Part shown: positions 9,528 through 17,996 of the stretch, one piece after another
Layout of the letters: every line of letters begins with the position of its first letter
Numbering within the stretch: the stretch's first letter is position 1
Assembly (NCBI GenBank): GCA_963728435.1
Contig: CAVSJX010000004.1
Coordinates: forward strand, 712,180-736,179
Direction: 5' to 3'
Length of the DNA stretch: 24,000 nt
Origin: an uncultured Phycisphaerales bacterium
GTDB lineage: Bacteria > Planctomycetota > Phycisphaerae > Tepidisphaerales > Tepidisphaeraceae
Program-made: the position numbers and the translations under genes
The notes under the pieces: generated by a model
Database searches by the model: none
What the model was told of the DNA's origin: nothing
Seen by the model: only the letters and a program-made list of their open reading frames with translations

Positions 9528-10565
9528 ATGCGCACTGACGACCTCGATTTCGACCTGCCGCCCGAGCTGGTTGCGCAGGAGCCCGTCCCCGATCGCTCCG
9601 CCTCCCGCTTGCTCTGCTATCGCAGGAGTAACCGCGCGATTGCCCACCGCACATTCTCGGAGCTTCCGCAACTCCTGCGGCGGGGCGATCTGCTCGTATT
9701 CAATGATACGCGTGTGCTTCCGGCAAGGTTTGCGCTTCGAAAGGCGACAGGTGGCCTCGTCGAGGCCTTGTTCCTCGGCGAGCCACAACCGGGCATTTGG
9801 CACGTCATGCTCCGGAATGTCGGCACCGGCATCGGATTGCATCTCACTTTCCCGATCAGCGATGTTACCGCGTAAATTGTGGCCAACCACGGAAGCGGCC
9901 AGTACACGCTCAAACTGTCGCCCCCGATTTCCGCGACAGAATTGCTGCAGAAATTCGGACGAATGCCCCTTCCGCCATACATCAAGCGGGCGAAGGACCA
10001 TGACCAGCGGGACGACCTTGATCGCGAGCATTATCAGACTGTGTATGCTCGCCAGGCCGGCGCCGTCGCCGCTCCGACGGCCGGCTTGCATTTCACGCCA
10101 GATCTCCTGCAGTCGCTGGATGCTGCCGGGATCGAGAAGGCTTTTATAACCCTCCACGTCGGCATGGGCACCTTCAAACCCGTGACGACCGCGACGTTGC
10201 AGGAGCATGTCATGCACTCCGAGCGCTATACCATCTCCGCCGAAGCGGCCGAGGCATTGAATCGCGCCAAGGACGACAAGCGGCGAATCATGGCGGTCGG
10301 AACGACCTCGGCGCACGTTCTGGAGAGCCAGCCGGCGGATTGTCCGTTCGAGGCGAAAGACGACCAAACGTCGATTTTCATCTACCCGCCATATCAGTGG
10401 AAGCACGTCGATGCGATGATCACCAACTTCCACCTTCCCCGCAGCACCCTGATCGCCATGATTGCGGCGTTGGCCGGTCTCGACGAGCAGCGGCGCATTT
10501 ATCACACCGCGATCGATGAGCGGTATCGCTTCTTCAGCTACGGCGACGCGATGCTCGTTGAATGA
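9528..10565 (+). pseudogene. queA: S-adenosylmethionine:tRNA ribosyltransferase-isomerase QueA, interrupted by an in-frame TAA as assembled
   Basis: ORFs 9528..9875 and 9879..10565 are in the same frame. They are collinear with QueA: MRTDDLDFDLPPELVAQEP..LLVFNDTRVLPARF..GRMPLPPYIKR..YQTVYARQAGAVAAPTAGLHF..TLHVGMGTFKPV..HVMHSERY..AVGTTS..TNFHLPRSTLIAMIAA..RFFSYGDAMLV. A single TAA at 9873-9875 sits at an aligned residue position. Confidence 0.9.
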
Positions 10566-11445
10566 GGCACGCCTGCTTCCGGTGCGCCAGCCAAGCGCGT
10601 GCCTGCCGACGATCAATAATGGCGATTGCGATGCACGTTGCCGCCAACGGAATCCATCCGAGCAGGCCGACCGGGTTCAACCAGATCAGTTTCGTTCGAT
10701 CCGGGAAGAGCATCAGCATCGACGAGGCGCCGATGGCGTTCAACGCCGCGTGTGCCAGCGATGATGCCCAAATGCTTCCCGAGCGTTCGCAAATCCATCC
10801 AAAAATGTACGACAGGAAGATGCAACCGATCAGAAACACCGGCACGCCAAGCAGGCGGTGATTCGGAAAGTTGTACCCGTTAAGATTCAGCGGCAGGTGC
10901 CAGGCGCCCCAGATGATGCCCACCACGATCGCCGCCCGCCACGGATGCTCGGCGCCGTCCACCCGCGGCTGTAAGTATCCGCGCCAGCCGAACTCCTCGC
11001 CGAACAGCAGCGGCGTTGCCAGCACGGCGTTGATGCTGAGAAAGGGGAGCACGATCAACAATGGAAGATCTGGCTTGATTGCCGGTTGCCCCATCGCCCG
11101 CAGCGCAGACGACACTGACAGGTTCGGCCATCCGATCCCCAGCGCCATCACGAACAACGTAATGACCAGCACGAAGAAATACGGGAATAGAAGCCCCAGG
11201 AGATAATACCTCCACCCGCGCAACCGGATGCCCAGACGCGCATCGGCGAAGCCCTCGCGCGTGATCCACCGCCGCACGATGAATGCCGCAATCGCCGGCG
11301 CCATGGCGCCCGGCATGATCAGCAACTGCCCGATGGGCTTCCCGAGAAGCGCCGGACGAAACACGATCGGCATCCAGCACAGCCAGGCAAGCAGGTAAGA
11401 AATCCCCACAAAGGCGATCACGCCGCGGTGATTCCGAACGCTCAT
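10534..11445 (-). CDS. CPBP-family intramembrane glutamic endopeptidase (CAAX protease-like)
   Basis: 303-aa polytopic membrane ORF with the family motifs FGEEFGWRGYL (EExxxR), IIWGAWHLPLN (FxxxH-like) and SLAHAALN. GGAGG lies 8 nt upstream of ATG 11445. The 3' end overlaps the queA 3' end by 32 bp (convergent). Confidence 0.85.
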   Translation of the reverse strand: MSVRNHRGVIAFVGISYLLAWLCWMPIVFRPALLGKPIGQLLIMPGAMAPAIAAFIVRRWITREGFADARLGIRLRGWRYYLLGLLFPYFFVLVITLFVMALGIGWPNLSVSSALRAMGQPAIKPDLPLLIVLPFLSINAVLATPLLFGEEFGWRGYLQPRVDGAEHPWRAAIVVGIIWGAWHLPLNLNGYNFPNHRLLGVPVFLIGCIFLSYIFGWICERSGSIWASSLAHAALNAIGASSMLMLFPDRTKLIWLNPVGLLGWIPLAATCIAIAIIDRRQARAWLAHRKQACLIQRASRRRS

Positions 11446-11515
11446 CGGACTTCCTCCCGATCGTGGAGGATACGCTGTTAGCAGGTCAGCACGAGTAGAA
11501 TCGCACCATCTGTTT

Positions 11516-13393
11516 CTAAAATGGGCTGTCGCAGCGCAGTCTCAATTGCATTGGCAGCGCCGATCGCGCCGATGCGATGCGCGCCGCCCCGGTCTTTGCG
11601 TAGATCGCCGGGTTGTAATTCACGAGCAAGCGTGCGATTTCGGGTGGCGGTGGTGCCAAAGGAGGGCTCGCGGGCACCTGCAGGTAGGCCAGGCTTCGCT
11701 CAAGGATTCGCGCGGCGGCAGGCGCGGAAACGGTCCCTCCATAATGCCCCTTGGAGGGGTCCGGGTCATGAATCGCCACGCAGATTACCAACCGCGGATT
11801 CTCCGCTGGCGCTCCCGCGACGAACGAGCTGTTGTAACGTCTCGAGCTATAGGAGCCGTTGACCGCGATGAACGCCGTGCCGGTCTTGCCGAAGATGTTC
11901 CATGGGCCTGTCTCCGCGCCGCGCACGGTTCCCCGAAGCACCACATCGCACAGGATTCGCTTCATCGCCGCCGCCGTCATCGGATCAATCGCCTGCGGAT
12001 ACATCGCCGGCTCCATGGGCTTGTGCTGCTCGATGACGTTTCCATCAGCATCAAGCCAGCCCTTGACGACATGCGGCTGCACCAGCCTGCCGCCGTTTGC
12101 GTACGCACAGAACGCTCGGCACAGTTGAAGCGGCGTCGCCAGCAGCTCGTAACCCTGTGACACTGAAATCGTCGAATTCATGCCCCATTTCGGCAGTGGT
12201 CGGATCAATCCGCCGTTCTCACCCGGCATATCGATCCCGGTCTCCCGGCCAAATCCAAATCCAGTCAGCGCCTGATAGAGTCTGGCATTCCCCATCCGCA
12301 TGCCCAGCATCGACATTCCAATGTTGGACGATTTCACGAGCACATCCCACATCGCCAGCGGTCCGTAATGCTCGACGTCGGTGACGATGCGATGCCCAAA
12401 CGGGTTCCAGTGAATCGACGTGATCGGCCAGACTTCATCTGGCCGGGTGACGCCCCAGCTCATCGCCGGCCCCGCAATGAACGGCTTGATGCAGGAACCC
12501 GGCTCGTATGGATCTGTCAGGCAACGGTCGCGGCGCACCTTCGGATCCGCTTCTTCCAGATTGGATGGATCGAAGCTCGGCCAGTTCGCAAGTGCCACGA
12601 CGTCGCCGTTACGCGGATCCATCACGACCACTTCGCCGCGCTTCGCCCCATATTTTCGGCAGGCCGCGTCGAGTTCCTGCTCGGTGATCATCTGAATGTT
12701 CGCATCAATCGTCAGCACCAGGTGATGCCCCTGATCCGGCGGGACGTAGTCATCCGCCGCCACCCCGATCGACCGACGATAGGCGTCCTTGAGCACGCGC
12801 TCCGAGCCATTCTTCCCGGCAAGCTGCTTCTGGTATTTCAGTTCCAGCCCTTCCAACCCTGTCCCATCCGCGCCGGTTCCGCCCAGAAGATGTGCCGCAA
12901 TCGAGCCCATCGGGTAATAGCGTTCGTTCTGTGGTACAAATCCCACCCCGAAGATCTTGAGCTTCTGGATTGCAGTCACCGTGTCGGCGTTCAGATGCTC
13001 GGCGATCTTGACGAATCGGCTGGAACTCTTGTCCCCGAGCATCTTGGACAGTTCGAACGGGTCCTTGTCGAGAATCTTGGCCAGCTTCGCGACCGCTTCA
13101 TCCATCTCGACCAGGCTATGCCCATCCGATTGATAGCACTCCTGCATGAACTTGGGGTCCACGAAGAGTGTCCGGGTCTGGATCGTCCCCGCCATCAGCA
13201 GGCCGTTCGTATCGTAAATGCTTCCCCGGCGGGCGATGATCGTTTCCCGCTGATGCTGCTGGCGCTCGGCCCGGTCCAGCGTTGCCTGCCGGCCGATCGT
13301 CTCCAGAAAGATCACCCGGCCGATCAGCGCGGCAAAGCACGTCGTGATGACACTGATGACCACCGCCGCCCGGATTTTCGAAAAATGACCCAT
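11516..13393 (-). CDS. ftsI: Class B penicillin-binding protein / peptidoglycan D,D-transpeptidase FtsI (PBP3-like)
   Basis: ORF 11516..13435. It has an N-terminal TM helix (AAVVISVITTCFAALIGRVIF), a PBP dimerisation region, and transpeptidase motifs SCIKPF (SxxK), KSSN (SxN) and KTGTA (KTG). ATG 13393 (MGHFSKIR) is preferred over the TTG at 13435. The frame is intact. Confidence 0.9.
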   Translation of the reverse strand: MGHFSKIRAAVVISVITTCFAALIGRVIFLETIGRQATLDRAERQQHQRETIIARRGSIYDTNGLLMAGTIQTRTLFVDPKFMQECYQSDGHSLVEMDEAVAKLAKILDKDPFELSKMLGDKSSSRFVKIAEHLNADTVTAIQKLKIFGVGFVPQNERYYPMGSIAAHLLGGTGADGTGLEGLELKYQKQLAGKNGSERVLKDAYRRSIGVAADDYVPPDQGHHLVLTIDANIQMITEQELDAACRKYGAKRGEVVVMDPRNGDVVALANWPSFDPSNLEEADPKVRRDRCLTDPYEPGSCIKPFIAGPAMSWGVTRPDEVWPITSIHWNPFGHRIVTDVEHYGPLAMWDVLVKSSNIGMSMLGMRMGNARLYQALTGFGFGRETGIDMPGENGGLIRPLPKWGMNSTISVSQGYELLATPLQLCRAFCAYANGGRLVQPHVVKGWLDADGNVIEQHKPMEPAMYPQAIDPMTAAAMKRILCDVVLRGTVRGAETGPWNIFGKTGTAFIAVNGSYSSRRYNSSFVAGAPAENPRLVICVAIHDPDPSKGHYGGTVSAPAAARILERSLAYLQVPASPPLAPPPPEIARLLVNYNPAIYAKTGAARIASARSALPMQLRLRCDSPF

Positions 13394-13518
13394 GTCGTCC
13401 GATAATGATCGGCCAAACAGTCGGTCAGGCGGCAATTTTTAGGCGAGAATCTCGGCCGTTGTGCTCAGATACTTGATATCTTGAGGCCGTTTCTACGAGA
13501 GGGGCCGGGTGCGGGCCT

Positions 13519-14461
13519 ATGAGTCAAGCTGATTTGGCTGAGCTGCTCTGACTGAAGGTTCGTCCGGGCTGCGACTATTCCCTGGAGACATTACCAGCCG
13601 AAGGGGTATGCCCGGAATGCGGCCGGCCCTACGATGACAAAAACGGCCATCCTGATCGGCCGAGGCAGGGACCATTATGATGCACTTGCAGGCGGAACCT
13701 CGCCCGGCGCCGTTGTTCGAATCCTTGCATTGATCGTGCTGATTTGGATGGTCGCAAAAGAACGATGGTGGGACGACCTGGAAATGCCAGGATCCGTCGC
13801 CATTCTGGTGGTTGCAGTGGCTGGGTATTGGTATGCGCGACTGTTTTCGGCCCGCGAGCCGCGGATGCAGTTGTGGCTATCCGCAGATGGGGTAGCGCAG
13901 ATTCCATCGACGCCCGAGGCGAGGCAGTCACAACGAATTGAAGAAGATGCGTCGCTACTTACTTTGCCTATTTGCATCATCGCAATTGCGCTTCAGTCGA
14001 ATCAACGTCACGGAGTCGTTTCGCTGTCACACGGATTCCACTTAAATGGCAGGCCACAAGGACGCGCCCGGAAGCGGGGCTGCTAAACCTGGTGCGCGAG
14101 AATCACGTGGAAGCCGTATCAATTGTTCATTTGCGTAATTGCGGGTTCGATTCTAGCGATCTGGCGGCGGCGGAAGCGATGGGCCGGGATCGGGGAACTC
14201 CACTATCGACCCGCATTGTGGCCATGGACCGTGATTGAGAAGATCGAGGTCGATGATCTATCGCCGTATCGCGCACGGGTTCGCTGTCGGATGATGCGCT
14301 ATTGGTTTCGGATTGCGATACGGAGAGAGTCATTGTCGATATTGAGATTGACTACGAGGTCAAACTAGTCGAGCCGCTACGTCAGAAACTGCTCGAATGG
14401 TGGCGCGAGGCGACATCTGCACTACCCGCGGGCTCACGTTTGTCAGGCGAGGAACCAAATT
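13519..14461 (+). pseudogene. Zinc-ribbon plus transmembrane protein gene, multiply frame-broken as assembled
   Basis: Protein-like segments lie in alternating frames. ATG 13519 gives MSQADLAELL, then an in-frame TGA (13549). Next comes ..GCDYSLETLPAEGVCPECGRPYDDK (zinc-ribbon knuckle). An A5 run at 13639-13643 is the first break: reading it as A4 fuses the ribbon to TAILIGRG..VVRILALIVLIWMV..SVAILVVAVAGYWYARLF (2 TM) ..LWLSADGV... Later segments are LFICVIAGSILAIWRRRKRW..WTVIEKIEVDD (frame of ORF 14123), then SIAVSRTGSLSDDALLVSDCDTERVIVDIEIDYEVKLVEPLRQKLLEWWREA.. ending at TAG 14459-14461. This needs at least 3 indels plus 1 stop. Confidence 0.5.
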
Positions 14462-14703
14462 AGCACGCTGACGAAGCACGCGATCACGCCGATCACCAGC
14501 CACAGGGGCGGGGGTTGGCGGGGGGCGTCGGCATCTGAAATATACTTGCCGCAGTGAGGGCAGCGCTCGGCTTCCTCGGAGATCATCTGGCGACAATGGG
14601 GGCATGGCATGATGCCGGGCTCGTCGAACGAATCCATGTCGGATTCGTCCGGGAGCTCGCGGTCGTCGAACTCGTCATCATCGAAGTCGCCCTGCGCGGC
14701 CAT
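14443..14703 (-). CDS. Small zinc-ribbon membrane protein (acidic N-terminus, CxxC..CxxC, C-terminal TM helix)
   Basis: 86 aa: MAAQGDFDDDEFDDRELPDESDMDSFDE..CPHCRQMISEEAERCPHCGKYI..PPPLWLVIGVIACFVSVLIWFLA. It starts 36 nt after the FtsL-like gene and is the last gene of the rsmH-led co-directional run. Confidence 0.65.
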   Translation of the reverse strand: MAAQGDFDDDEFDDRELPDESDMDSFDEPGIMPCPHCRQMISEEAERCPHCGKYISDADAPRQPPPLWLVIGVIACFVSVLIWFLA

Positions 14704-14739
14704 GTCCTCCTTTTACGACGGCGGCGGGCGAACGCAAGA

Positions 14740-15030
14740 TCAGTCCGCAGCGGTCGGACCGATGTGGACGTCGAGCCAGTTGGGATGGCCCGGGGGAAGG
14801 GGGGTGGGAGGCGCGAGCTTGAGATTCTGGCTTACGGTCTGCTCGATGGCGTTGGGTGCGGTGGCCACGCCGATCTGAAGCTGCTCGCCCCAGAGCTTCG
14901 ACTGCATGGCCTCGATCCGGTTATGCAGGACACTATTCTGGTGCGAAAGCTCCAGATGCTGCTGGCGGAGCTGGAGGAGGTTCAGGGCGATCGCCATGAC
15001 GCTCAGAAGGCATAGGAGAAGCTTGACCAT
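14740..15030 (-). CDS. FtsL/FtsB-like bitopic coiled-coil protein (septum-formation-initiator-like)
   Basis: 96 aa with an N-terminal TM helix (VKLLLCLLSVMAIALNLL) followed directly by a heptad-like coiled coil (QLRQQHLELSHQNSVLHNRIEAMQSKL). It sits between rsmH and ftsI, as ftsL does in dcw clusters. The call rests on topology and position only. Confidence 0.5.
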   Translation of the reverse strand: MVKLLLCLLSVMAIALNLLQLRQQHLELSHQNSVLHNRIEAMQSKLWGEQLQIGVATAPNAIEQTVSQNLKLAPPTPLPPGHPNWLDVHIGPTAAD

Positions 15031-15054
15031 AGCGAATCCCTCCTTGCAAACGGC

Positions 15055-16029
15055 TCATTGCGAATCGGCAACGCTGATAGGCTTGGCGGGGAGACGGAGC
15101 TTCATGTTGACACGAATGTGGTTGGCATCGGGCAACTTGTTGAGCTCCACGATGGCGCTGACGGCGTCGGCGGTGCCGAGCTGCTCAACGGCGATTTTGG
15201 TCAGCGTGTCGCCGGGCTTGACGACGTAAATGTGCTCGGCGCTTGCGGGCGCGGCGGGGCGGGCGGAGGCTCTGGGGTCATCAACGACGACGACCTTGTC
15301 GGCGAGCTTCGGGACACTATGCGCGACCGTCGTGTTCGTGGCGGTGGGGATGATGTAGCTCTTGCCGACAATCACCTTGTCGGGGTCGTCCTTGAGCGAG
15401 GCGTTGGCGTTGATGATCAGGTCTCGATTGGTTTTCGTGTTGGCGCCGAGGAAACGGGCGGCCATGCGCGAGACGGTGTCGCCGGGCTGGGCCTGGTATT
15501 GCTTCTGACCCGTGGCGGCAAGCTGCGGCGGCTGGGCGGCGGGCTTCTGGTCCACCGGAACCACCGGTTCTTGCATTTCATTGGCGACCTGCTCAAGACT
15601 CGATTGCTTCGAGGCGTCGGCTCGGCGCGGTTCGGGAGGGGCGTTGGAATCGATGGCCGTGTTGCCCGCGATCGGCTGCTCAGGTGCGGGGGAATTTGCA
15701 GCTTGCTGCGTTTGGCGCGGTGCAGTGACGGGTTGCCCGCTGTTGGCCGGGCCGACCTGCACGACCGTCACCTGGGGCGGCTTGTGCATCATCTCTTCGC
15801 GGGTGACGACCGGCGCGTCGGGAGCGACCTGCTGGGGAACGTGGACCTGAGCGATGGGCGTCGAGGCGCCGCCGGGCACGGCGATTGCGCTGCGGACATT
15901 CTCGCCGGCCTGAACGAGGGCGGCCTGGGGCTGCTCGGTGGCGGCGGTCAGATGATCGGAAAGAAGAATTCCGATCACGATGATGAAGGCCAGGCCAACC
16001 AGAAGACCGATTTTCGTTTCCCGCGTCAT
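15055..16029 (-). CDS. Membrane-anchored protein with two C-terminal LysM peptidoglycan-binding domains
   Basis: 324 aa with an N-terminal TM helix (IGLLVGLAFIIVIGILL) and a long Pro/Gln/Ala-rich linker. Two LysM-type repeats follow: YQAQPGDTVSRMAARFLGANTKTNRDLIINANASLKDDPDKVIVGKSYIIP and YVVKPGDTLTKIAVEQLGTADAVSAIVELNKLPDANHIRVNMKLRLP. Confidence 0.8.
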   Translation of the reverse strand: MTRETKIGLLVGLAFIIVIGILLSDHLTAATEQPQAALVQAGENVRSAIAVPGGASTPIAQVHVPQQVAPDAPVVTREEMMHKPPQVTVVQVGPANSGQPVTAPRQTQQAANSPAPEQPIAGNTAIDSNAPPEPRRADASKQSSLEQVANEMQEPVVPVDQKPAAQPPQLAATGQKQYQAQPGDTVSRMAARFLGANTKTNRDLIINANASLKDDPDKVIVGKSYIIPTATNTTVAHSVPKLADKVVVVDDPRASARPAAPASAEHIYVVKPGDTLTKIAVEQLGTADAVSAIVELNKLPDANHIRVNMKLRLPAKPISVADSQ

Positions 16030-16067
16030 AGTCGCGCCTCAAAATGCGGGCGACGCAGGCGTCGCCC

Positions 16068-16964
16068 CTACAGTTTCATTGCAACACGAAGCTTGGCGGA
16101 TCGGGACCTTGGGTTGCGGGCGATTTCCGGGTCGGCGGGGGAGATGGGCTTTTTGGTGAGAACCTCGAGAAGCCCGGTCTGCTCCGCCGACCGGAACGCC
16201 TGCTTGACCATTCGATCTTCCGTCGAGTGAAAGCTGATGACCGCGAAACGTCCGCCGGGCTTGAGGTGCTTGGGCGCCTGGGCCAGGAGGGATTCGAGGT
16301 TTTCAACTTCGCGGTTCACAGCCATTCGCAGGGCCATGAAAGTTCGCGTGGCGGGGTCAATTTTCTCGTGGCCCCGAGACGGAATGGCTTGCCGAACCAG
16401 GTCAGCCAGTCGCTCCGTGGAGGTTATCGGCGCTTGACGACGGGCTTGTGCAATGTTTCTGGCGATGCGACGGGAGTAGCGCTCCTGCGCCAGCTCATAT
16501 AGGACGTTGGCCAAGTCCTCTTCGCGGAGGGCGTTGACCAGATCGGCGGCGGTTTGGGTCAGTCGACGATCAAGGCGCATGTCGAGAGGCATCGGCTGGG
16601 CGAAGGAGAGTCCGTAAGACTCCTCGAACAGTTGATTGGTGGAGACGCCAAGGTCGGCGAGCATGGCATCGACCTGGGGTTGGCCGACTTCGGTGAGAAC
16701 ATCGGGAAGCTCGGCGAAGTTGGCGTGAAAGAGGCGGACTTCACAGGGGGCATCGGCGAGGCGGGCGTTGGCGAACTCGAGGTTGCGGGGATCGACGTCC
16801 AGGCCGATGAGGCGACCCGCGGCGCCGAGGCGCTGGGCGACGGCGAAAGCGTGGCCGGCGCGGCCCAGGGTGCAGTCGATGAGCGTCTGGCCGGGCTGGG
16901 GATTGAGGTGGGAGAGAACTTCGTCGAGGAGGACGGGATCGTGGCCAGTGGGGGCGGAGTCCAT
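16068..16964 (-). CDS. rsmH: 16S rRNA (cytosine1402-N4)-methyltransferase RsmH (MraW)
   Basis: 298 aa: HDPVLLDEVLSHL..TLIDCTLGRAGHA..LIGLDVDP..FHANF..DAMLADLGVSTNQL..ERGLSF-like..PLDMRLD..HPATRTF-like (DPATRTFMALRMAVNRE)..ISFHSTEDRMVK..NPRSRSAKLR. These are canonical RsmH blocks, and the frame is intact. Confidence 0.93.
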   Translation of the reverse strand: MDSAPTGHDPVLLDEVLSHLNPQPGQTLIDCTLGRAGHAFAVAQRLGAAGRLIGLDVDPRNLEFANARLADAPCEVRLFHANFAELPDVLTEVGQPQVDAMLADLGVSTNQLFEESYGLSFAQPMPLDMRLDRRLTQTAADLVNALREEDLANVLYELAQERYSRRIARNIAQARRQAPITSTERLADLVRQAIPSRGHEKIDPATRTFMALRMAVNREVENLESLLAQAPKHLKPGGRFAVISFHSTEDRMVKQAFRSAEQTGLLEVLTKKPISPADPEIARNPRSRSAKLRVAMKL

Positions 16965-17035
16965 GGAGTTGGGGGAGTGTAGCAGGTCGGCCGGTGATTG
17001 ATGATTGGTGGTTGACCTCGGCGCGCTGAGCGACG

Positions 17036-17848
17036 TTGGGCTCGTTTCGTACTGCGCGGTGCGGATGCGGAGGAAGACTGCGTTTGCAGTTCGTGGCAGG
17101 GGTTTTGGGTTTCGTGTGGTTGGGTTGGCCTTGTTTGGGAGCGTATGGCTACTCGTTTGTCAACAACGCCGGACTGAGAGGCGTGGATCTGGTGGTTACG
17201 CCCGAGCCGGGGGCGGTGCCGGCGGCGCTGGCGCTCATTGGGCTTCTGGGCGGGGGCCGGGTGCGTCGAAGGGCGCCGTTCTCGCCGTATCGACAGGATA
17301 GGGCGGCATGGGAGGCCGCCCGGGTTGAGCAGAAATACGGCGGAGTCGGGATTCCGTTCCCCCGCGATCCCAGGCGCGGGTCCCATCCGTGCGACGACTC
17401 GGCGGTATCGGATCAGCGCTTGGCAGTCCATGCGGCGCTGAGCTGGATTACAAGGCCCTCACTTTTGCCCTGCCCGCAGGAGGGCAGGAAGAGGGGCATT
17501 CGAATCGAAATCGACCCGGCGGTCTTTCGACGCGTCGGATCGAGATCCCGCGACCTGCCGCTGGTCTTTTCGGATCGCGTCGTCCGTGACGCGAGCGAAA
17601 CGACCAACGGCCGCCGACGGGAAATCTCCCGGCTTCCGAAAGACGCCACAACCCGGTGCGCCTCCCCGAAACCTCTTGCCACGGCCAGCCGATCCAACGT
17701 CCGTGTGATCGCACTTCCAACTCCCTCCGCACTGATGAGGAATCCTTTCCTCGCGGCTGGGCTGTGCCGGCGCGGAGCATCCCTGCTGACACGCCTGCAC
17801 TTGCTGAATCGTGACAAGAACTGCGTATTCAATTGTCCACTACTTTGA
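17036..17848 (+). CDS. Hypothetical ORF on the opposite strand between rsmH and mraZ; contains a PEP-CTERM-type motif near its 5' end (possibly a small frame-broken PEP-CTERM gene plus a second ORF)
   Basis: The third-codon-position G+C bias looks high by eye along the whole 813-nt frame. The wobble-sharing antisense frame is stopped at 17413. Residues ..VVTPEPGAVPAALALIGLLGGGRVRRR (~17190-17280) match the PEP-CTERM pattern (PEP, Gly/Ala/Leu helix, RRR). ATG 17065 in the neighbouring frame gives MRRKTAFAV.., a signal-peptide-like start that would join with one indel. The remainder has no recognisable family. Confidence 0.3.
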   Translation: MGSFRTARCGCGGRLRLQFVAGVLGFVWLGWPCLGAYGYSFVNNAGLRGVDLVVTPEPGAVPAALALIGLLGGGRVRRRAPFSPYRQDRAAWEAARVEQKYGGVGIPFPRDPRRGSHPCDDSAVSDQRLAVHAALSWITRPSLLPCPQEGRKRGIRIEIDPAVFRRVGSRSRDLPLVFSDRVVRDASETTNGRRREISRLPKDATTRCASPKPLATASRSNVRVIALPTPSALMRNPFLAAGLCRRGASLLTRLHLLNRDKNCVFNCPLL

Positions 17849-17996
17849 GACCTATCCTTCCCAGGATGTGTCTCTTCGGCCCGCATGGCGGGCTCGAACG
17901 GATGTGAACCCGATACACCATTCGAAGCCGGGCGTGTTACGCACCATTCCTTGCCCGGGTTCAGTCACACCACTTATGTTCTCTGACTTCCTTTGC

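Noticed and set aside
9498-10616. 372-aa minus-strand ORF
   Set aside because: It is antisense to queA. No recognisable domain is present, and queA on the plus strand explains the coding signal.
12368-13405. 345-aa plus-strand ORF
   Set aside because: It is antisense to ftsI, which carries the SxxK/SxN/KTG motifs.
9873-13551. Alternative genetic code or stop-codon recoding to explain the in-frame TAA (queA) and TGA (13549)
   Set aside because: Well-conserved genes in the window terminate normally at TGA, TAA and TAG at the expected protein ends. No SECIS-like context was evident, and GC-rich genomes with reassigned stops are not expected.
15058-16230. 390-aa plus-strand ORF
   Set aside because: It is antisense to the LysM gene and the rsmH 3' end. 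It is a Gly/Arg/Asp-rich repetitive translation that mirrors the Pro/Ala-rich linker on the true strand.
16559-17431. 290-aa minus-strand Pro/Ser/Arg-rich ORF
   Set aside because: It is an alternative frame of rsmH extended into the spacer, low-complexity, and rsmH in its own frame is fully conserved.
17732-17739. CTGATGAG (hammerhead ribozyme core) followed by a GGAA-TCCT-TTCC hairpin
   Set aside because: The required GAAA element does not follow stem II. The only GAAAC nearby lies ~130 nt upstream, and no stem I/III pairing or cleavage triplet could be built.
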